Position numbers and translations under genes: made by a program
Part shown: positions 41,416-50,651 of the stretch, in pieces
Layout of the letters: the number at the start of each line of letters is the position of its first letter
How positions within the stretch are numbered: the first letter of the stretch is position 1
Assembly (NCBI GenBank): GCA_963666565.1
Contig: OY762911.1
Location: 928,001-992,000 of the forward strand
Length of the DNA: 64,000 nucleotides
Direction: 5' to 3'
DNA from: Thermoanaerobaculia bacterium
Lineage (GTDB): Bacteria > Acidobacteriota > Thermoanaerobaculia > Multivoradales > Multivoraceae
Notes under the pieces: generated by a model
The model's input: only the letters and a program-made list of their open reading frames with translations
The model's database searches: none
What the model was told of the DNA's origin: nothing

Positions 41416-42028
41416 TCGGCCCGCCGTGGCCGTCGACATCTTCGCGGAAGACAGGGCGCAGGAGGTGTTCGTCGATGCACTCCTCGGGAGGATCGCCCGT
41501 GAGGAGAACGTGGCGTTGAGCGTCCAGACCAGATCGGCCAAGGGCGGCGGTCCGCGAGCCTTGAGCGAGTTTCGCGCGTATCAGGTCCTCCTCGAGAAGG
41601 GCGTCGTCCGGGGCGCCGTGCCGGACCTGGTGGTCGTCGTCATCGACGGCAACTGCGCCACGCCGACAAGAAAGAGAGACGAAATCAGGGAGGCGACCCG
41701 ACCAGGCTTGATCAATCGTGTGGTGGCGGGGTGCCCCAATCCTCACGTCGAGCGGTGGTTCCTTGGCGATCCCGACAGCTTCCACGAGGTCGTCGGTCAT
41801 CGACCCGTCGTCGGCCCGGAGAAGTGCGAGCGCCAGCACTACAAGCGCCTCCTGAGGGAAGCGATTCGCCGGGGTCAAGGCGTGGCCCCTCTCGAAGGAG
41901 TCGAGTTCGCCCTGGAGTTGGTGGAGGCCATGGATCTCTACCGTGCGGGCAAGCTCGACTCTTCGTTGAGAGCCTTCGTTGAAGAACTGCGCGCGAAGTT
42001 CCGGCAGGTCGGAGCAAGCCGCTCTTGA
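41408..42028 (+). CDS. DUF4276/RloB-like (TOPRIM-like) partner protein
   Basis: IFAED, VVVIDGN, ERWFLGD, SLRAF; overlaps the ATPase stop. Confidence 0.6.
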   Translation: MSDRPAVAVDIFAEDRAQEVFVDALLGRIAREENVALSVQTRSAKGGGPRALSEFRAYQVLLEKGVVRGAVPDLVVVVIDGNCATPTRKRDEIREATRPGLINRVVAGCPNPHVERWFLGDPDSFHEVVGHRPVVGPEKCERQHYKRLLREAIRRGQGVAPLEGVEFALELVEAMDLYRAGKLDSSLRAFVEELRAKFRQVGASRS

Positions 42029-42113
42029 CCCGGCGGCCTACCCAGCGGGGTCCTCGGAGGGATCTGGGTGGGCACGCTGTTACCCAAAGGGCGTCCGGCG
42101 TAGTCGGTGACCC

Positions 42114-42515
42114 TCAGACGAGCCTGTTCAAATCGACATCGAGACCGGCCTCTCGTAGCTCCTTCGCTAGCCTCAACTTCCAGGCCTGATCATCGTCCAG
42201 GCGGACAAAGACCACGCCGTCATAGTCCGACGGGCGCTCGGCGCCCGTGTCGACTAGAGCGCACACGCGTTTCCTGCCGAGTCTGCCTACGAAGAACCCG
42301 AGCTCAAAGATCACGTTCTGTCTCGCTCTTGGCTGCAGATCGGCCGCGTCCTTCGCGCGACCTTCGTCATCTGGCGTGAGGACAGCTACAGCGAACCCGA
42401 CATGTGAGTGTTCCTCGAACTTCTCGATGATGGTCCGGCCTTTGCTGGGTCGCTCTTGGAGCACTATTGGATTCAGGTCAAGGCGCTCAAGCAGTCTCGC
42501 CACCTCGGTCTTCAT
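42114..42515 (-). pseudogene. TIR-like (CAP12/Pycsar-effector-type) nucleotide-binding domain, 5' degraded
   Basis: GRTIIEKFE, FAVAVLTPDDEG, RARQNVIFELGFF.G.LG, PSDYDG; no intact VFIVHG-type motif upstream. Confidence 0.75.
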
Positions 42516-43850
42516 CGCGCTGTGGCTCAGCCGACTGCAGGCCGCCCAGGAAAGACTCGCTACGGTCCGCCGCCGTGGCCGGGGCGAACATCGGCGAGTA
42601 GCCGATCCTCTGGAACTGCTCGACACAGCGCGTCCCCGGAGTACCCCGAGGGCGCCAGACCGCTCCTGTTGTGGTTGTGCATCCATTCCTTTCCGTTGGC
42701 CATGTTGTGGACGCGGATCTGCAACTTGCGGGCCGTCGTGACGCCCGCGATCGCGCCCCAGGTACACCCACCCACGAGCTTGACGACCGCCTTCGGGTCG
42801 CTTCGGCGTCCGAACACCGCTACGTTGCTCGACAGCTTCTCGGCAGGCAACTGCTGAACCTCCCGCCAGAGCGGTAGCCCGCAGCCGCACTTCGGTCCCC
42901 GGGGCGTAGAAACCGTCCTCCGAGAACGGCGAGGGGACGATCTCCCCGTCCCCGTTCAGCGGATCGTGGGTCTCGAGCCGGTAGTCCGTATCCACCGTGA
43001 GTTCCAGGACGGTGTCCCCGGTGCGCGAAACGTCGACAGTGTGAACTTCGCCCCCGCCGTCGCTCCAAGCGCGAAAACGATCCCTGTAGCCCTTGTCATG
43101 GCCCAGGAAGTCATCCCCAAAGGCCACCCTGACGCGCTCCGGCAACGAATCGGCGTCCAGGTTGATCGGCGTGCGGTAGCGATTGCCGTCGATCTCGACG
43201 TCCGTGGGGTCAGCGTTGGACTCGACCCTCAGGATCGATCCACGGGTGAAGACGGCCGTGTACGCGAGCCTCGGCGGTCCTGGCAACGAACCGCACAACC
43301 GTCGGGTCGGTCCAGACCGCCATCGCCCTCAACGCCGCTTCTCTCGCGGCAGGGGACATCTCGTCGTCAAGAACGTAAGGGATCACGCCGCCGACCCAGC
43401 TCGGAGGGACCCCTCTTCCCCACGGCGCGCCGCCGCCGGCGTTCGATGCGAGGAAGAGCAGGAGCGCCGCCAGAATGACGAACGGCCCCGCGAGATGCCG
43501 GGGCGGCGATCTCCCGGACGGTCATGCCCCGGACGAGACCGGCGACGACCTGGGCCTGAGCCGCCTGAACCCTAAACACGAACCGTCCACGAAAACGGGG
43601 CAACTCCAGTCGCCGTAGTTCCGGGCGAGCGGCCCGAGGAGCAACCGGAGCCGCGGCCTGGTGAGGAACTCGACGGGAACCGAGCGGACGACAAGCCCTG
43701 CGCCGTATGGCGAGCGTTCGACGCGAGTCACTCAACCCGGCCGCGTGGCGCCCGTCCGCCGCAGACAGGCCGCTTCCTCCGCAGCTTCCAGCGTTTCGAA
43801 GAAGATCTGACCGGCTGGTTCGGAGACTGGATCTTGGCGCGGCCTTCGCT

Positions 43851-46007
43851 TCACTCCTCCGATCCTACCCCTGGCGCCGTCAACCCCGTCTGCGTCAACA
43901 GGAACGTCGCCTCCGCGGCGACGAACTCGATCCGCTCGGACATCGGCAGACCCCGGCTGGCCGCGTGGCCCGCGTACGGGTGGTAGCGCATGATCACCGG
44001 CAGTCCCGATGACGTCGCCGCCTGCAACCGGGCGGCGACCTTGCGGGCCTGCAGCGGCGGCACGCGGGTGTCCAGGTCGCCTTGGGTGAGCATGACGGCG
44101 GGATAGGCGACGCCGTCGCGGATCGCCTGGTAGGGCGAGAAGCCGCGGAGCGACTCGAACTGGTCGGGGATCTCGCCGTCGCCGTACTCGAGCAGGGCGG
44201 GCATGTTGTTCGTCTCGGTGAAGGTGTAGAAGCGGATCAGGTCGAGTTCGGGGAAGCCGCAGAGGACGGCGCGGTAGAGGTCGGGGCGCTGGGTCAGCGA
44301 GGCGCCCACGAGCAGTCCGCCGTTGCTGGCGCCGTGGATCGCCAGGCGGTCCGGGTCGCTGTAGCCCTCGGCGATCAGCCATTCGCCGGCGGAGATGAAG
44401 TCGTCGAAGACGGTCTGCTTGTTGTGGAGCATCCCGGCCCGGTGCCACTCCTCGCCGTACTCGCTGCCGCCGCGCAGCGTGGCGACGGCGTAGACGCCGC
44501 CGGCTTCGAGCCACAGGGCCGCCAGCGGGTTGAACCGCGGCGTCAGGGAGACGTTGAAGCCGCCGTAGCCGTTGAGCAGGGCGGGTGTCGAGCCGTCGGG
44601 CTCGAAGTCCGCCCGGTGAGCGACGTACATGGGCGCGGACGTGCCGTCCTTCGAGGTGTAGCGCACTTGCTTCAGCACGTAGTCGTCGCCGGAGAAGGGC
44701 GCCCGGGCTTCCTGGAAGACCTCGCGCGTGCCCGCCTTCAGGTCGAGCAGCCAGGTGACGGGCGGCTGCAGGTAGGAGACGAGCGACAGCAGTGCCTTGC
44801 CCTCGCCGGCGCCGCGGATGCTGGCGTTGTGGTGCTCTGGCACCTCGACCTCGCCGGCCGGCGTGCCGTCGAGTTGGAAGACCCGGATTCGGCTCGCCAC
44901 GTGGTGCAGGTAGGTCAGGTAGAGCTTGCCGTCGAGGACCGAGACGCCCTGGAGGACGTCGTCGGCTTCCGGCACGACTTCGCGCCAGTGCGCGACCTCG
45001 GGCAGGTCGAGGTCGACTTCCATCAGCCGGTTGAGCGGCGCGTCCAGGTTGGTGCGCACGAACAAACGGCCGTCGCTGTGGTGGGTGTTGAAGCGAGCCT
45101 CCATGCCGGCGACGATGGGCGTCGCCTCCCAGGTTCCGATCTCCACCAGGTACAGGTCGCTTCGCGCCCAGCCGTGCTGGACGCCGACCAGCAGCTTCTC
45201 CTCGTCGAGCAGCTCGGCGCGGACGAAGCTGCGCGGCCCGATCCCCTCGCCGAAGACCAGCGTGTCGTCGGCACGCGCCGTGCCGAATCTGTGGAACCTG
45301 ACCCGCGAACCTTCGATGCGGTCGCGCACCGTGTAGTAGATGCCGCTGCCGTCCTTGGCGAAGAACGCCTGGTCGTTCAGCGCCCGCGGCAGCTCGAAGT
45401 CGAGGTCGACGTTCCGTTCGAGGTCCCGCAGGCGGACCGTCGTCTCGTCCTCGCCGCCGATGCGGACGTTGTAGAGCAGGAGCTTCCCGTCGGGCGAAAC
45501 GGAGACGATCCCGAGGTGCGCGTAGTCGCTGCCGGCCTCCGCCGGGTCGATCACGACCTCGTACTCGCCCGCCGGATCGATGGGTGCGGGCCCGGCCCCG
45601 GGCGCATCGTCCGGGGCTTCGCGCCGCACGATCGAGGCCAGCTCCTCGCCCGTGCGCCGCAGCGTGAAGAGTTCGTACTCGCCGGCCTTGTTCGGCGAAC
45701 CGACGGCCGGCGTGTCCAGCAGTTCCCGCAGCCGCCGCCTGGCCCAGTCGCGCTCCGGCGGCTCGCCCACGATCAGTTCGGCGTACTCGTTCTGCCGGTC
45801 GATGAAGGCGCGCGTCTCCGGGCTGTCCTGGTCCTCCAGCCAGCGGTAGGGATCCTCGAACTCGACTCCGTGGAGCGTCTCGATGAAGGCGATCCGCTCC
45901 GTCTCCGGCGGTGGTGGATAGTCCCCGCCGCATGCGGCGAGGCCGAGGAGCAGACCGGCGAACATCGGGAACCGGGGCTTCGGCAGATTCAAGGAGCCTG
46001 GCATCAT
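43851..46007 (-). CDS. Prolyl oligopeptidase (S9A), lipoprotein
   Basis: [36 protein letters not shown]. Confidence 0.93.
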   Translation of the reverse strand: MMPGSLNLPKPRFPMFAGLLLGLAACGGDYPPPPETERIAFIETLHGVEFEDPYRWLEDQDSPETRAFIDRQNEYAELIVGEPPERDWARRRLRELLDTPAVGSPNKAGEYELFTLRRTGEELASIVRREAPDDAPGAGPAPIDPAGEYEVVIDPAEAGSDYAHLGIVSVSPDGKLLLYNVRIGGEDETTVRLRDLERNVDLDFELPRALNDQAFFAKDGSGIYYTVRDRIEGSRVRFHRFGTARADDTLVFGEGIGPRSFVRAELLDEEKLLVGVQHGWARSDLYLVEIGTWEATPIVAGMEARFNTHHSDGRLFVRTNLDAPLNRLMEVDLDLPEVAHWREVVPEADDVLQGVSVLDGKLYLTYLHHVASRIRVFQLDGTPAGEVEVPEHHNASIRGAGEGKALLSLVSYLQPPVTWLLDLKAGTREVFQEARAPFSGDDYVLKQVRYTSKDGTSAPMYVAHRADFEPDGSTPALLNGYGGFNVSLTPRFNPLAALWLEAGGVYAVATLRGGSEYGEEWHRAGMLHNKQTVFDDFISAGEWLIAEGYSDPDRLAIHGASNGGLLVGASLTQRPDLYRAVLCGFPELDLIRFYTFTETNNMPALLEYGDGEIPDQFESLRGFSPYQAIRDGVAYPAVMLTQGDLDTRVPPLQARKVAARLQAATSSGLPVIMRYHPYAGHAASRGLPMSERIEFVAAEATFLLTQTGLTAPGVGSEE

Positions 46008-46246
46008 GACGGTGCGACCTCGATGGTGGCGGGATAGGGGCGACGCACGCCTCAACCCTAGCGCCAGCAGACTGACGGAGGCGCCCCTTGCATCGCTGGT
46101 GCGCGGCTTTACGCCCTTGCACATGCTGCCCTTCCAGTTACGGACCGTGAAGACGTTCCGTAGAATGCGGCTCATGTGGGCGACGGACGGCCCACAGGTG
46201 GTCTCGTCTTGCTGTGGGACCGTCTACGTCGAGGAAGGAAGGGACG

Positions 46247-46588
46247 ATGGGTGTCGACGCTGTCTGGACCCTGAAACTGGCGGTCAGGACCCACGAGGAG
46301 AACGGCGTTTGGGTTGCGGACTGCCCCGCGCTCGACATCGCCAGCCAAGGGAACGACCCGGAAGACGCGGTCAAGATGCTCAGAGAGGCGGTCGAGCTGG
46401 TGATGGAGCGCTGCCTGGAGAAGAACACGTGGATCGCCTTCCTCGAAGAACGGGGAGTGACGCCGACCCGCCACTCGATGACCTCTTTCACGCAGCCGAA
46501 GTTCGACGACGAGGCGGACTACGTCGAGTTCCCGATCTGGATCATCAGCGATGCCGGGGCGTCGACGACTGCATCCGGTCGCTCCTGA
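46247..46588 (+). CDS. hicB: HicB-like antitoxin
   Basis: WVADCPALDIASQG..EDA...REA. Confidence 0.8.
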   Translation: MGVDAVWTLKLAVRTHEENGVWVADCPALDIASQGNDPEDAVKMLREAVELVMERCLEKNTWIAFLEERGVTPTRHSMTSFTQPKFDDEADYVEFPIWIISDAGASTTASGRS

Positions 46589-46784
46589 CCGAGCGATCAG
46601 AGCGTTCGAGAGGGCCGGCGGCACGCTGGTTCGGCAGAAAGGCGGACACGCAATCATCGATGCCGATGGTTGGCCTCGGCCCGTCGTGATCCCGATGCAC
46701 CGTCGGGACGTTTCGCCTGGGACGCTTCGCGGCAACATCAGGACCGCGGGCCTCTCCGTGGAGGAGTTCCTCGACCTCCTCTAG
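46551..46784 (+). CDS. hicA: HicA-like toxin
   Basis: RQKGGH, VVIPMH..DV.PGTL..IRTAGLSVEEFL.LL. Confidence 0.82.
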   Translation: MPGRRRLHPVAPDRAIRAFERAGGTLVRQKGGHAIIDADGWPRPVVIPMHRRDVSPGTLRGNIRTAGLSVEEFLDLL

Positions 46785-46811
46785 CGAAGCGTCGCGTTGA
46801 CCAACCGCGGC

Positions 46812-47210
46812 ATGTCTGGCACAGTGACCGAGGTGAGCAAACCGCTCAAGCGTGTCGTCGCGGTGGTCGTCCTGCTGGGATGCCAGACGCCGGGTACGTT
46901 CGCGCTCGCGGCCGGGTTGGACTTGGCGGCTCACTTCCTTCCGTTCGGGCACGAGCACGACCTCGCTGACCTGACGAGGTCGGCGACGCATGGGCATCAC
47001 CACGACGGCGAGGCGGTGCCCGACCATGACCACCTCGCCATGGTGGATGGCGAGACGGACCTGACGCGGCCCGGCCCGTCGGCGGTCGCGGTGCTGGCGG
47101 CGCCCTCTTCGGCGTCGGTGACGCTCGCCGAGGGAACGCCCTTTGAGGCGGCGTCCAGACGCGGACCGCCGCCGCTTCTGTTCCAGACTCACTGCGCGCT
47201 GTTGCTCTGA
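46812..47210 (+). CDS. His-rich CzcI/DUF2946-like protein (start uncertain)
   Basis: HEHD, HGHHHD, HDH and C-terminal RGPP..H.ALLL; upstream of czcCBA. Confidence 0.6.
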   Translation: MSGTVTEVSKPLKRVVAVVVLLGCQTPGTFALAAGLDLAAHFLPFGHEHDLADLTRSATHGHHHDGEAVPDHDHLAMVDGETDLTRPGPSAVAVLAAPSSASVTLAEGTPFEAASRRGPPPLLFQTHCALLL

Positions 47211-47270
47211 TCCGCGGCCCCGGCCGGGTGCGATTCGTACCCGGAACCTGGACGCGGAAAGGAGTCAGCC

Positions 47271-48656
47271 ATGCATCGCTTCATCCCGATCGGCCTTCTG
47301 GCCGGTCTTCTCGGCGCCGCCGGGGCGGCCCAGGACGGGCCGGCCGCCACCGGGGCCGAGTTCCTCTCGATCCTCGACGAGTTGCGCACCGCCGTTCGCG
47401 ACAGCTCTGCCGCCGGGGCGGCCCAGGACGGGCCGGTCGTCACCGAGGCGGAGTTCCTCTCGGTCCTCGACGCGGCGCACCCGGCCGTGCGGGAGAGATC
47501 TACTGCCGGCGCGGCTCAGGACGGGCCCGTCGTCACCGAGGCCGAGTTCCTTTCGGTGCTCGACGAGGCGCATCCCGCCGTTCGCGAGAGGGCCGCGGCT
47601 GTGACGCGGGCCGAAGCCGGCCTGCTGGCGTCGCGGACGTTGAACAATCCGGTCGTCGAGGCGGTCCGCGAGGACCCGAACGGGCCGCTCGGGCAGACGG
47701 ACTTGCTCGTCTCCTGGCAGATTCCGGGTGCCGCGCGCCGTCCCGAGATCGAGGCCCGCGAAGGCGAGATCGGGGCCGCCCGTCGCCGGCTGGCGCACGA
47801 CCTGCTGGGCCATCGCCTGGCGATGAGGGAGGCCTATGCGGGTTGGGCGGTGGCCGACGCGCGGCGGCAACGACTGACGCTGCAGGCTGAGCGGGTCGGA
47901 TCGCTTGCGCAACGTGAGGCCGTTCGCGCGGCGAGGGGGGAGGCGTCCGGACTCGAAGCCCGCCGGCTGGGCTTGGCCGCGGCCACGCTCCGATCCCGCG
48001 TCGCTCTGGCCGCCGGGGCGAGCGAACGGGCGAAGGCAAAGGCGGCGGCCTGGCATCCTCGTTTACCGCCCGACGCGCGGCCGGTTCTGCCCGAACTGCC
48101 GGACGCGCCGTCGCTGGAGGGGACCGATGCTCGGGTGCGCGCCGCCGAAGCGGATCTGGCCGCCGCCGAACTGACCGAACTCGCGACTCGGCCGATCGTC
48201 GCGTCGCCCGAGGTCACGCTGGGCTGGCAGGAGCAGGACGTCGGGCTCGGCTCGGTGGATGGACCGATCGTCGGCCTCGCGTGGTCGGTGCCGCTGTTCG
48301 ATCGGCGGCAGGCGGCTCGGCAGCGAGCGGACGCGGGGCTGGCGGCCGCGCGGGCAAGGCTGGAACTGGCGAAACGCGAGTCCACGGCCGCGCGGATGGC
48401 TGCGCGGGGGAACTTCGCGCGGCTTGCGTCCGCCTTGGCCGAAGCCCGGCAGGAACTTGGCGCCACGGGACGGATGCTGGACGGCGCCGAGGCGGCGTTT
48501 CGGCAGGGGGAGGCGGGCTTGACGGATCTGCTCGAGACGCTTCGCTCGGTGACGGAGGTTGAGTTGGCGGTGCTCGATCTGCATGAGGCGGCGCTGTCGG
48601 CGCACCGCGAGCTGGAACGGCTGGCGGCTGCTGGGGGAGGAGGGCCGGGGTCATGA
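47271..48656 (+). CDS. TolC/CzcC-like outer membrane efflux protein
   Basis: AAGGAG RBS, signal peptide, SVPLFDR, F.QGE.GL.DLL; three 31-aa N-terminal repeats. Confidence 0.85.
   Translation: MHRFIPIGLLAGLLGAAGAAQDGPAATGAEFLSILDELRTAVRDSSAAGAAQDGPVVTEAEFLSVLDAAHPAVRERSTAGAAQDGPVVTEAEFLSVLDEAHPAVRERAAAVTRAEAGLLASRTLNNPVVEAVREDPNGPLGQTDLLVSWQIPGAARRPEIEAREGEIGAARRRLAHDLLGHRLAMREAYAGWAVADARRQRLTLQAERVGSLAQREAVRAARGEASGLEARRLGLAAATLRSRVALAAGASERAKAKAAAWHPRLPPDARPVLPELPDAPSLEGTDARVRAAEADLAAAELTELATRPIVASPEVTLGWQEQDVGLGSVDGPIVGLAWSVPLFDRRQAARQRADAGLAAARARLELAKRESTAARMAARGNFARLASALAEARQELGATGRMLDGAEAAFRQGEAGLTDLLETLRSVTEVELAVLDLHEAALSAHRELERLAAAGGGGPGS
47319..47597 (+). repeat. 3 x 93-bp in-frame tandem repeat in czcC
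   Basis: AGAAQDGP..T.AEFLS.LD....AVR units at 47319, 47412 and 47505. Confidence 0.9.
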
Positions 48657-50569
48657 GGTGGGGTGGTTCCGTAGAAGGTTGGCGGATCCTGGCGGTCGCC
48701 GCTTCGCGGCGCGGTGTTTCCCGGAAGCGGACCGGAAGGTCCGCGCACCCAGAGCACGCGCTTGCCCGGTGGGGGAGTCTCTACCGCAAGCCCATTGCTC
48801 GCAGTGACGCCATGACGTTTGCAGAACGGAAGTGGGTCTCGCCGGAGTGGTTCTCTGGGTGCGCGGACCTTCTGGTCCGCTGCCGCCGAAGGCGGCCAGA
48901 AGCACGCGCCGGCCGAAGGCCGGCACCGCTTCGACGCGGCGGTTCCCTGCAAGGCCGGCGCACCCCATGTCTGGCGACTCTCGTGGGCGGGGCCGCAGTC
49001 AAGCCGCTGAACCTGGCGCTGGCGGCGTTGCTTCTCGCGGCGTGCGTCGGCTCGCCGGCGGCCGAGCGGCACGACCAAGACGACGATCACTCGGATGGAA
49101 GCTGGTCGGTCACGGCCATCGGCGAACGGTTCGAGGTCTTCCCCGAGATCGACGCTCTGGCGGAAGGCCGTGCGGCGACGGCCCACGTTCACGTGACCCG
49201 GCTCGCGGACTTCGCGCCCCTGGCGGAAGGGACGGTGGAGATCGTCCTGGTCGATGGCGAAGGCGAACAGGTCTTCCGCGCCGACGGCCCGACCGAACCC
49301 GGCCACTTTCTCATCGAACTGACTCCGCGGCGTGCCGGCGAGGCGGACCTGCTTTTCCGGATCGCCGACGGCGGCGTGGCCGGCAGCGAGGAGATCCCCG
49401 GCGGCCGGGTCGGCGTCGGCACGGCCGACCGCGGGGAAGGCCTCGTGCGGGCGCCATCGCTCCCCGCCGGGTCCGACGGCGGCGAGCCCGTCTCGTTCGG
49501 GAAGGAGCAGCAGTGGCAGGGCGGCTTCGCGACCGTCTGGGTGCGGGAAGGCCGCCTGGCCCGGAGCGTCGCCGGCGTCGCCTCCTTCCGCCCGCCGGCG
49601 GGCGGCGAGAGCGCGATCACCGCGCAGGTCGACGGCGTCGTCCAGCCGCCCGCGGGCGCCCGTTCCTGGCCGTTCGTCGGGCGGCGCGTGGAACGGAACG
49701 CCGCCCTGTTCCGGGTCGTCCCGCTGGTCGCGGCCGAGCGCAGCCTGGCGACCCTCGAAGGAGAACTCGAAGCCCTGACCACGGAACTGGAGAGCGCCCA
49801 CTCGCGCAGCTCGCGTCTCGGCGAGCTCCTGGCCCTCGAAGCGGTCAGCGAGCGTGAGGTCGAGGAGGCTGGCGTCCGCGCCCGGATGCTCGAAGCGCGC
49901 CACCGGGCGGCGGAACGGGACCTCGAGTCGGCCCGCGCCTCGCGCGAAGGCGGGGCCGACAGCGCGGGCATCTCGCTGCGCGCCCCGTTCTCGGGCCGGG
50001 TCGCGGCCGTTACCACGACGCCCGGCGCCACCGTCGCCGCCGGCGACTCTCTCGCCCGGCTGGTGCGGACCGACGTCGTCTGGATCGAGGTCGCGCTGCC
50101 GCCGCAGGACGCGCGGCGGCTGATGGACGCGGGCCTGCGCGGCCTCGTTCTCGACGACCCGGAGAGCGGCCCGGTGCGCGTCGAAGGCGACCTCTCCCTC
50201 GTCTCCGTCTCGCCCGAACTCTCGCCGCGCACCGGCACGGTCACGGTGCTGCTGGAGGCGCCCGGCATCGCCGGCACGGGCTTCGCGCTCGGCTCCACCG
50301 TCGCGGCGCAGGTGCTGATGGCCGGCGAGGACGCGGGCATCGTGGTGCCCGCCTCGGCCGTGGTCGACGACGGCGGCGTGCCGGTCGTGTTCCTGCAACT
50401 CGCCGGCGAGGACTTCCAGCGGCAGACGGTGACCGTGCTCGGCCGGCAGGGAGACCGGGTGCTCGTTGGCGGGCTCGCGCCGGGCCAGCGCCTGGTGACC
50501 CGCGGCGGCGACGCCATCCGTCGTTCGTCCCTCATGGCGAGCGGCGACGCCCACGGCCATGTCCACTGA
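48653..50569 (+). CDS. CzcB-like RND periplasmic adaptor (true start uncertain)
   Basis: Lipobox LAAC, LRAPFSG, VPASAVVDDGG, C-terminal HGHVH. Confidence 0.82.
   Translation: MRWGGSVEGWRILAVAASRRGVSRKRTGRSAHPEHALARWGSLYRKPIARSDAMTFAERKWVSPEWFSGCADLLVRCRRRRPEARAGRRPAPLRRGGSLQGRRTPCLATLVGGAAVKPLNLALAALLLAACVGSPAAERHDQDDDHSDGSWSVTAIGERFEVFPEIDALAEGRAATAHVHVTRLADFAPLAEGTVEIVLVDGEGEQVFRADGPTEPGHFLIELTPRRAGEADLLFRIADGGVAGSEEIPGGRVGVGTADRGEGLVRAPSLPAGSDGGEPVSFGKEQQWQGGFATVWVREGRLARSVAGVASFRPPAGGESAITAQVDGVVQPPAGARSWPFVGRRVERNAALFRVVPLVAAERSLATLEGELEALTTELESAHSRSSRLGELLALEAVSEREVEEAGVRARMLEARHRAAERDLESARASREGGADSAGISLRAPFSGRVAAVTTTPGATVAAGDSLARLVRTDVVWIEVALPPQDARRLMDAGLRGLVLDDPESGPVRVEGDLSLVSVSPELSPRTGTVTVLLEAPGIAGTGFALGSTVAAQVLMAGEDAGIVVPASAVVDDGGVPVVFLQLAGEDFQRQTVTVLGRQGDRVLVGGLAPGQRLVTRGGDAIRRSSLMASGDAHGHVH
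48727..48896. repeat. REP-like pair, stem variant GCGGACC/GGTCCGC
   Basis: Reverse 48727-48752 and forward 48855-48896, both with the compensated stem. Confidence 0.88.
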
Positions 50570-50651
50570 GGTTCGAGCGGTGGGACCCCTGGAGCGACTG
50601 TCGGCCCTCGTCGGCACGCCCCGGCGCGGCGACGTGTCCTGAGGTTCGACC

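Noticed and set aside
42114-43298. 394-aa ORF as a genuine surface-repeat/TIR fusion protein
   Set aside because: The linker is low quality, there is no clear RBS or start, and the TIR N-terminal motif is missing; a fragment mosaic explains it better.
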